A DNA stretch of 25,308 bases, taken from a virus (lineage: Duplodnaviria; Caudoviricetes). The notes under the pieces were generated by a model, which saw only the letters and a list, made by a program, of their open reading frames with translations, was not told the origin of the DNA and made no database searches. The stretch lies in IMG/VR virus record IMGVR_UViG_3300045963_000133, positions 1 through 25,308 of that record. One strand, given 5' to 3'. Made by a program: the position numbers and the translations under genes. Position 1 is the first letter of the stretch. Each line of letters opens with the position of its first letter. Positions 16,418 to 24,200 of the stretch are shown here, piece by piece.

Positions 16418-16789
16418 ATGCTCACCGCAGCCCAGGTCGGGGCTATGCTGGGCATCAGCGCCCGCACAGTCTATGACATCCCCGAAGACCGCCTCCCCCG
16501 CTACCGCCTGGGCGCTGGGAGCGGTGCGGTACGCTTCGACCCCCAGGATGTGGAGGCCTACAGAGCATCATGTCGATCTACAAAGACAAGCCCAGCGGCC
16601 GATGGCGATTCGACTATGACCGGCGCATCGATAGCTGCCGCGTTCGCAGGCGTCAGCTTCTCCCTGCCGGCTGGTCGCGCGACCAAGCCGAAGCCTACGA
16701 CCGCAAGGAAAGCTCGGCCCTGTCAGCGCTCGCGCACGGCATTGCCAAGCCTCGGTTCACCATTGGTCAAGCTGTCGCTCGCTACCTGA
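16418..16789 (+). CDS. xis: excisionase-like HTH (Xis/AlpA type) with long tail overlapping int
   Basis: MLTAAQVGAMLGISARTVY..LPRYRLG..VRFDPQDVEAY, directly upstream of the integrase. Confidence 0.78.
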   Translation: MLTAAQVGAMLGISARTVYDIPEDRLPRYRLGAGSGAVRFDPQDVEAYRASCRSTKTSPAADGDSTMTGASIAAAFAGVSFSLPAGRATKPKPTTARKARPCQRSRTALPSLGSPLVKLSLAT

Positions 16790-17526
16790 AGGACCGGGTT
16801 CCGCAGCTCAAGGCCGGCGCCAATGCAGCGCGCGAGATTGAGGCCTTGAGAGATTGGTGGGATGGTCGGGCAATCGATGACCTGGCTGCCGTCTGTGCCG
16901 AATACGCGGCAGACCAGCACGGCGCGCTGAAGCCAGCGACCATCAAGAACCGAATCGCCTACCTGCGGTCGGCCTGCCGGTGGTCCTGGAAGCGCCACGG
17001 CATGGGCGAGCAGGACCCGGGCGCCAGGGTGGTAGCTCCGGTGGTCGACAACGCCCGCACAACGACAGCCACGCGCGCCCAGGTGCTGCAGTTGGCCAGG
17101 GCCTGCCGGCATCGCGGTGTGCGCGCCTTGCTCTGGGTCCTGTACTTCAGCGGCATGCGTGTCAGCGAGGCGCAGCGCGCCGTGCGCAGTGGGGGATTCT
17201 TCGTCCTGGCCGACACCAAGAATGGCGAACCGCGCGTGATCCCAATCCACCCCAGGGCGCTGGCCGCATCTCGCGTGCCTATGCCGCCGCGCAGCGTGAT
17301 CGACTACTGGTGGCCGATGGCGCGCGAGGCCTGCGGGCTGCAGCACATCACGCTGCACGACTTGAGGCACACAGCGGCGACGGAGATGGTGAACGCGGGC
17401 GAGGATTTGGCCACCGTGGGGAAGGTGCTGGGCCACAAGAGCGCAGCCAGCACGATGCGATACAGCCACCACAGCACGCAGCGGCAAGCGCTGGCAGTGG
17501 GGAAGATCGGGCGGAAGGTTGGATGA
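16570..17526 (+). CDS. int: tyrosine recombinase / phage integrase
   Basis: Catalytic residues R (SGMRVSE), K (TKNG), HxxR (HDLRH), H (LGHKS) and Y (MRYSH). Adjacent to the att core. Confidence 0.95.
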   Translation: MSIYKDKPSGRWRFDYDRRIDSCRVRRRQLLPAGWSRDQAEAYDRKESSALSALAHGIAKPRFTIGQAVARYLKDRVPQLKAGANAAREIEALRDWWDGRAIDDLAAVCAEYAADQHGALKPATIKNRIAYLRSACRWSWKRHGMGEQDPGARVVAPVVDNARTTTATRAQVLQLARACRHRGVRALLWVLYFSGMRVSEAQRAVRSGGFFVLADTKNGEPRVIPIHPRALAASRVPMPPRSVIDYWWPMAREACGLQHITLHDLRHTAATEMVNAGEDLATVGKVLGHKSAASTMRYSHHSTQRQALAVGKIGRKVG

Positions 17527-17581
17527 AATCCACCCACGCCAGTTTTCTGAGAAGCCGTCTAGAAGATGGAAAGCAACAAGC

Positions 17582-17594
17582 TAAGTCGTTGATT
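17582..17594 (-). promoter_or_regulatory. IHF-binding site in attP
   Basis: The - strand reads AATCAA-CGAC-TTA, an exact match to the IHF consensus WATCAANNNNTTR, 16 bp from the core. Confidence 0.75.
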
Positions 17595-17610
17595 CATCTA
17601 GGTTAATTGG

Positions 17611-17655
17611 TGGAGGCGCGATCCGGAGTCGAACCGGACTAGACGGATTTGCAAT
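17611..17655 (-). mobile_element. attP: attP core: 3' half of tRNA-Cys(GCA), from anticodon loop to CCA
   Basis: The - strand reads ATTGCAAATCCGTCTAGTCCGGTTCGACTCCGGATCGCGCCTCCA: anticodon GCA, T-loop GTTCGAC, acceptor 3' strand and CCA. The 5' half is absent, and the site lies just after int. Confidence 0.92.
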
Positions 17656-17797
17656 GGGTCTCCGCGCATCCCGCGCATGCCGCTGTCATAGGTGCGCGCC
17701 CCTGGCGGTTGCCGCTGAAAATGCGGTATCCGCAGCTTGTTGGCCAAAAAGTTCCCCACGCCTTTACCCACGACAACACACTCACGAATTCTCAGCC

Positions 17798-17998
17798 ATG
17801 ACCAAAAAGTACACCGAAAGAACACCTGGATCCATAGACTGGGCCATCGAGCAGGTCAACCTCCAGTCCGGCTTCAAGGTGCTGGAGTTCCTGGCATCAG
17901 GCGCCATGGCCAACGAGCTCGGCATCGACTGGGAGCCGCCGCTGGTGGAGCACAGCGGCGGCGCCGTCATCGTGCATGAGCGGATGAGGTTCCTGTGA
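17798..17998 (+). CDS. hypothetical protein (MTKKYTERT...)
   Basis: GC3 bias from ATG 17798 and GTGA coupling to the next gene. SD is weak. Confidence 0.55.
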   Translation: MTKKYTERTPGSIDWAIEQVNLQSGFKVLEFLASGAMANELGIDWEPPLVEHSGGAVIVHERMRFL

Positions 17999-18255
17999 AA
18001 GTTAAGCTAAAGCCGTGCCCGTTCTGCGGAAGCAGTTCTGTGCTCAGTCACGAGCGGGGGGATGAGGTCCGCAACCAGCGTTGGCGAGCAGGCTGCGATG
18101 TGTGCGGCATCTGGACCACTTGGTGTTCTGGATCCAATAGCTGGGCGACCAAAAAGACAGCCGACACCGCTGCAATTTTCAGCGTAGCCGCCTTCTGGAA
18201 CAGCCGGGCTACAGACCAGCCTTCCGCTTCAGGGCCTCTGCCCGGCCCAGCGTGA
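17995..18255 (+). CDS. Lar-family (restriction alleviation-like) Zn-finger protein
   Basis: LKPCPFCG...CDVCG...WNSRA pattern, SD GAGG. Confidence 0.75.
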   Translation: MKVKLKPCPFCGSSSVLSHERGDEVRNQRWRAGCDVCGIWTTWCSGSNSWATKKTADTAAIFSVAAFWNSRATDQPSASGPLPGPA

Positions 18256-21200
18256 CCGATCGCAGGAACTGGTCGTAGACCTCGGCCTCATCCCGCTCGA
18301 GCTGCTTCACCGCACCGCGCTGGTAGGCCAGGCTCAGGGTCTTGTCCCCGTTGATCTCATCGACCCGGTCGCGCAGCGACTTGATCTGCTTCTGGTAGCC
18401 CTTGGCGCCCCGGGCTAGGGCCAGCAGCTCCTCGTTGTCCGCAGACACCTTGTTCATGCCGTCCTCATCGCCGGCCTTGGCTGCACGCTGGAAGTCCAGC
18501 AGCGCGGCCTTGGCTTCGTTGCTGGCATCCCAGAAGGCGCGCCGGCTGTCTGTCACCCGTTCCTGCTTGGTGTAGTCGCGCAGGATGGGGATCTCGTGGC
18601 GCTCCGGCGCCAGGGCGTCGTTGTCTGGGTTGCTCATGCCGGCCCGAACACCCAAGCCCGCCAGGTGCGTCAGGTCCGACAAGAAGGTGCCGGTGCCGCC
18701 GGTCAGGGCGCTGGCCCAGAACTTCAGGGTCTCTGGGCTGATGTCGACCGCGCCACTCTGTGTGGCCGTTCCGCCCGTCAGGTCACTCATCCCACGGGCC
18801 AGCATGTCGTAGCTGCTGCCCTTGGTGCTGCGGTTCAAGCGCAGGAAGTCAGGCCGGCCCTCATCGAATTTCGAGTCCGGAACGATGGGGCTACCGAAGC
18901 TGGAACGGTTCGCGACGATGCGTGCGGCATCGCGGAACAGCTCGCCGCCGGCATATCCGGGTATCAGCTCGACAAGGCCCTTGGGGTCTGCTGTGCCCCA
19001 GGTCTTGGCGCCCTCGAGCGGATTTCCGACCGGGCTGAAGTTCGACAGGAGGGAGTTGGCGATGCTGACCGACAGCTCGTTGATGCTGCTGCCGCGCTGC
19101 AGGTCGAACATCGCATTGCCCAGGCTGTGGAAGATGCCGAACCCGAACGGCACCGGGATGGTGATGTAGGTGTCCTCGCCAGTGCGCAGGATGAGGTTGC
19201 GGTCCTTGACGTTGTTGCTGATCTTGAGCCAGCGCTGGTAGTCGTCGTCGCCGCCGCCGAACTGCAGGGCGGCCAGGGAATAGGCAGACGCCAGCATGCC
19301 CCACACAAGCGCCATAGCCTGGCCCTTGTGCTTGCCCTTGGTGAACATGTCGATGATCGACGCTGTGTCCTGCACGTTGGGGTTGAAGAACAGGTACAGG
19401 GCGCCCAGCGTGCCGCCCATCTCGCCCTTGCGGTTGAAGTTCAGGGTGCTGTTCTTGCCGGCGCTGGCAGCCTGATCGACCGACCCAGTCTCCTGAAGAA
19501 CCTGCTCGAAGGCAGCCAGCCGCATGGCGTTCTCAGTCGCCCCGTTCAGGCGCTCGATCCAGCCGGCCAGGCCACCGATGACCTTGCCCGCAGCAACCCG
19601 CGCGCTGGCCTTGTACCTGCCCTGCATCGCCAGGGCCTTGACGCCGACGTATTCCTCGTACTGCTTCTGGATGTCGGTGCCAATGCGCTCCAGGTCGCCC
19701 AGGTAGGCTGCGCCCGTGCTGCCGCCGCTGGCCCGGTACTGGTCGATCAGCGGGGTGCTGGTGCCGCTGAAGCTGTAGCGCAGCAAGCTGGCCAGGGCCT
19801 TGGGGTACTTGGCCAGGACGCCGGCCGTCGTTTTGACGCCGAAGTTCCCGGTCAGCTTGATCACGCCGGATCCGAAGTCCCGGATCAGGTTGCGCGGGAT
19901 GAAGGCCGGGTTGTAGCCGGTGTAGGCCCGCGACAGGAACGTGTTGATGTTGCGGCTGATCTGGATCAGCTTGCCCATCTGGTCGCTGTTCAGGCGCTTG
20001 TAGGACTGGGCCAGCAGCGGGTCGTTGATCTGCATGCGCACGGCGTGGCCGTTGACGTAGACCTGCGCCTCGTGCTCCTCGAGCATCGGGCGGGCCCGGT
20101 ACTGGACCATCGGGTCGCCCACCATCTCTCGGATCACCAGGCGGTGCGCGCCGGGAGACCTGACCCTGATCTGGTCGCGGATGAACTTCTCGGCATCGGC
20201 CCGGGTGTCGAAGGTGGCCACCGACAGCGCAGGGTTCTGCGCGCGGACGTCGTACTGCTTGCTGTTGACCAGCATGGCCCGCTTGACCGGCTGGTCGACT
20301 GTGCCGATCCGAGGGTCGGCCATCTCGGTCAGCCACAGCATCATGGTCTGGCCGACACGGTTCTTTTCGACCAGCATCACTGCACGCTCATAGTCGCGCA
20401 TGATGTTCTCGAGGATGTGCTCCTCGCGCAGCGTGTGGCCCATGGCCCGCTTGGTCTTGCCATTGACGCTCAGGCCCTTGCCGGTGCCAGTCTTGCTGGC
20501 CTCGGCATCATCCCCGCCCTTCAGGGGGACGTAGTGCTGGTAGGCAGCGCTCCAGGCTGCAGACTGCTCCGGGGTGATGATCCCGCCGCGCAGCAGGATG
20601 TCCTTGGCCCGGGTCGTGATGGCCTGGAACTGGGCCGCGATAGCCTTGAGCTGCGGGCTGGCTGCAGCCAGGATCTGCTGCGCGTCTGCGGTGTCCATGC
20701 CGCTGCCGCCATCTGGCATCTGCGGGTTGATCCTGGCGACCTGCTGGTTGCGCTCATCGGCATGCTGCGCGTGCAGCACCTGGGCAATGTCGTCCAGGCT
20801 GAAGCCGGCCCGCTGGGCGCGCTCGATCAGTGGCTTGAAGGTCTTCTCGCGGAAGTCCTCGATGCGTGTGGCTGTGCGGCCATGCATGCGCTCCTCGGCC
20901 CCATAGACGTCAGATGCCAGGCTGAGCTGCGCGCCGTTCTCCAGCGCCCAGGTGCGGATCTTCTGCATGCGGAGGTGCTGGTCCTGGATCACGCGCCGGC
21001 TGGCCTCGTAGCGGGTCTCCTCGGGCACCGGCTGCTGCTGGTGGCTGAAGCGGATGTCTGGGTTGGTCGGGTCGAAGGCGCCACTGTTGTCGGTCTGCTT
21101 GCGACTGAACATCGGCAGGCCGTCGGCCGCCTTCTCGCGCATGGCGGGGGTGATGTCGAAGCCGGGCTGACCTTCGTGCGTGATGTCGTACTCGCCAGTC

Positions 21201-24200
21201 GGCTCGCCAGTAAACGCGCTGGTGCGTTGATCTGCGAGATCCACCGACTCCATCCGCCCACCACCCAGCTTGCGCAGCACGTCCTTGGCCACGGCCGGCA
21301 CGATCTTGTCGTAGAAGGCCTTCATGCCTTCGCCGCCGACCTTGAGGTCCAGGCCGCGCAGATCTCCGCTGTCGTCCTGGTTGATCTTCTGCGCGATCTC
21401 CTTGCCGAGGACATCCTCGAGGGTCTTGCCTTCGAAGTCTCCTTCGGCGATGACGCCCTTCCCGCCGGCCGGCGTGTTCACCTCGAAGCCGATGGTATTG
21501 CCGCCGGACGTCTCGAGCTGCACGAGCGTACGCATGACGTTCAGGTCGGAGCTGAACCCGGGGTTCCACTGGATGTAGTTGACCTGGCTGCTCAGGTCAT
21601 ATCGGTCGGCGCTCTGGTCGCCCGTGACGAACGCCACCTTGTCGTAGCCCTCATCGACGGCCATCTTGATGACGCGCTTCAGGGCCAGGGCGACCCACTT
21701 GTCGGTCTTGTCTATGAAGGGGGCGCGCGGCACGCCGCCCCTGTTCGGCGCCTGACTGACCGTGCTGCGCTGCTCCTCCAATACATCGAAAGTGCCGCGA
21801 TTGATCTCTCTGATGACCAGCCGCGCCTCCATGTTTTCGCCGGGGTTGGGCGGCGGATTGCGCCGAATCCAAGTCTCCGCAGCAGCGCGAGAGGCTGTGC
21901 GCTCCAAGGTGTCTACCGCCTGCCATTCGGTGTTCTGCGGAATCAGGTCGCCCGTGATACCTTTCTTCTTGCCCTCCTGCGCCCAGTCGCTCTGGATCTC
22001 CTCCACGAACAGCACGCGCTTGCCGTCGGCATCTGTGCGGTCGTTGACGCGGATGTGGGCCAGGATGTTGGGCTGGTCCCAGTGTCCGGATAGATAGTTG
22101 ACTTTTTCCGCACTGGCTTTGAACTTGGTGCGCGCCGCTTCTGTCAGGTCGGCGTCACGGGCGACTCGGGCTTGCCTAGCAATCTCTTGCGCTTCAGCCG
22201 CCTCATCACTGAATGGTCCGAATTTTTCTTCGGCGTAACGCAAGGCTGCTGCAGACTCTGCAATAGACCGTGCGTGTTTCTGCGCTACAGCAGCGCGCCA
22301 CTCATCATTGGAGTTGACTTTTGGCGGCAGCGTCAGCAGCACCTCACGGTAGTTGGTGCCGCCTGGCAGGGTGTAGCTGTGGTACTTCGTCTGGGCCGCG
22401 CTGTCGGGGTAGGTTTCAGCGAAGAGATCATTGGCCGTGTCGATGACCTCCTGGTCGCTGAAGTCCCCATAGTCGGCGTTGAACTCTGCCTTGGTCTGAT
22501 CGTGATATTCCCGCAGGAAGTCGCGCGCAGAGCCAAAGGAGGAGAACTCCTTGTGCAGGGAGCCTGCGCCATGCACCGTCTCTTCCAGCTTCACGCCGTT
22601 TCCGGCCAGGAACTGCAGCACCTGGTCCTTGGTGACCTTGCCCTGCTGCAGCGCCAGCCAGTCGTTGATGCCGGACCACTCGACCTCGTCGGCCTTGACG
22701 TCGCCCTTGGCCACCAGGCCCTTGATGACGCCATTCCAGCCCTGTGCGGGGCCGGCCTTCATGTCGACGGTGCCCAGGCGGCGCTCGAGGGCGCTGTACC
22801 AGGGGTCCTGCTTTTGGCTGGATCGAAGGTCGCCGAGACTGTTGGTCAGATTGCTCCGAAGCAGATCGGGGCTGACATCACCATCCCCCAGGCTGCCATC
22901 AGACCGCCCTTGCGCAGCTTGTTGAGGTCCCAGTGCGAGCGACTTGAAAATGACCGCGAAACGTAGAGTTCCACTGCCCGGCATTCCCGCTCGGTCAGTG
23001 ACGGGCGCAGCCTCTCTGGATCGTTCTGCCAGACGCTGGAAATCAGCTCTTCCAAAGTCTGCTCCGTCGTGGGTGAATCTTCCGGTGCGGGGGTCAAAGC
23101 GGATCTCCTTGATCTCAGGTACGAGCTTGGAGGTTACACGACTGGATGCGTTGAGCAAATGCATCAGGTTGTGGTCGCTGTTGTTTGACCACATCAATCC
23201 GCCCCAACCGTGAAGCATGTCCTCGTGCGGCCTCATGAAGTCGGTCGTGCCGTACTTCAAGGCCAGCGAGATCATGTTCTCCAGGCGGCGCCTCTTGCCG
23301 GCTTCGCTGATGCCATCCGGGTCGCCGATGAACGTCTTGCCGTTGTTCTTGGCGTAGGCGCCTGCGATCTGGTAGATGGCGCCGCCGGCCATGCCCGATG
23401 TCATGCTGCCGACGTTGACCCACACCGCATCACGCTTGACGCCGATGTAGCTGTCACGGCTGTAGCGCACGCCGTCCTTTTCCCCGGAGATGTTCAAGAC
23501 GTACATCTTGTCAGCCCGGGTGTCGATCTTGCTGTTGACGGCTTGCAGCTTGATGCCGTACTGACCACCAATGTCCTTGATGATCTGAGGCATCTCCTTG
23601 GCGTCTGTCTTCGGCGTGCGGAACATGCCGTCGCCGAAGTCGCTCGCATACTCCTTGATGGCCTCGGTGGCCGCCTTGACGCTCTTCCTGAGCGTCAGGT
23701 CTTCGGAGCTTGCTTCGGCGCCAGGGCTGGAACGCTGGGCTGCTTGGGCTGAACGGATTTCGCGGGCGAGGAGACGGGAGGCTTCTGCCCGAAGAGCACG
23801 AGCCCGCTGCCGAGCCAGGCCTGCGTTTCCTCTGGGGTCATTCGACGGTAAGCCATAGTCGTAGTCCTTCTTCTCCGGGAATGCTGAGTACACATCAGCC
23901 CCACCGACAGGGTAGGCGCCTGCGAGCTTTTCGTCAATCAGGCGCCCCAGCTCATCTGTGGCCACGTCTGAGTAGTTCAGCACGGTCATCTGGCCGTTGA
24001 TGGTCGACTGGCCGCCGACGACCTGCTCACCATTGACTCTGATCTCGCGCAGCTTCTGGTAGATCTCGTCTACCTTGCCCTCGTTCATGACGCCGATGTC
24101 GATGCGGATCGCACCGACCGAGTCGCCGCCCTTGAACTCCTTGGGCGCCAGCAGCATCATGGAGTCCTGGTTCAAGACGAACCCGATCTCCTTGGAGATC

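Larger units (their letters stand above)
17533..17774. repeat. candidate integrase arm-type sites
   Basis: CCCACGCC (17533-17540), CCCACGCC (17755-17762) and CCCACGAC (17767-17774) flank the core. Confidence 0.5.

Noticed and set aside
17598-17700. Functional tRNA-Cys gene
   Set aside because: Only the 3' half is present. The sequence beyond 17655 cannot form the D-arm or the 5' acceptor strand, so it is called as the att core.
18596-22093. 1165-aa ORF on the + strand
   Set aside because: It is an antisense shadow of the GC3-biased giant gene, with no motifs and a V/A/L/G-rich composition typical of such shadows.
22333-22572. Fourth nested +1-frame ORF (MAQAPCTRSS...)
   Set aside because: It has no convincing SD and an S/T/R/P-rich composition typical of an off-frame GC-rich read, and the main frame keeps the codon bias here.
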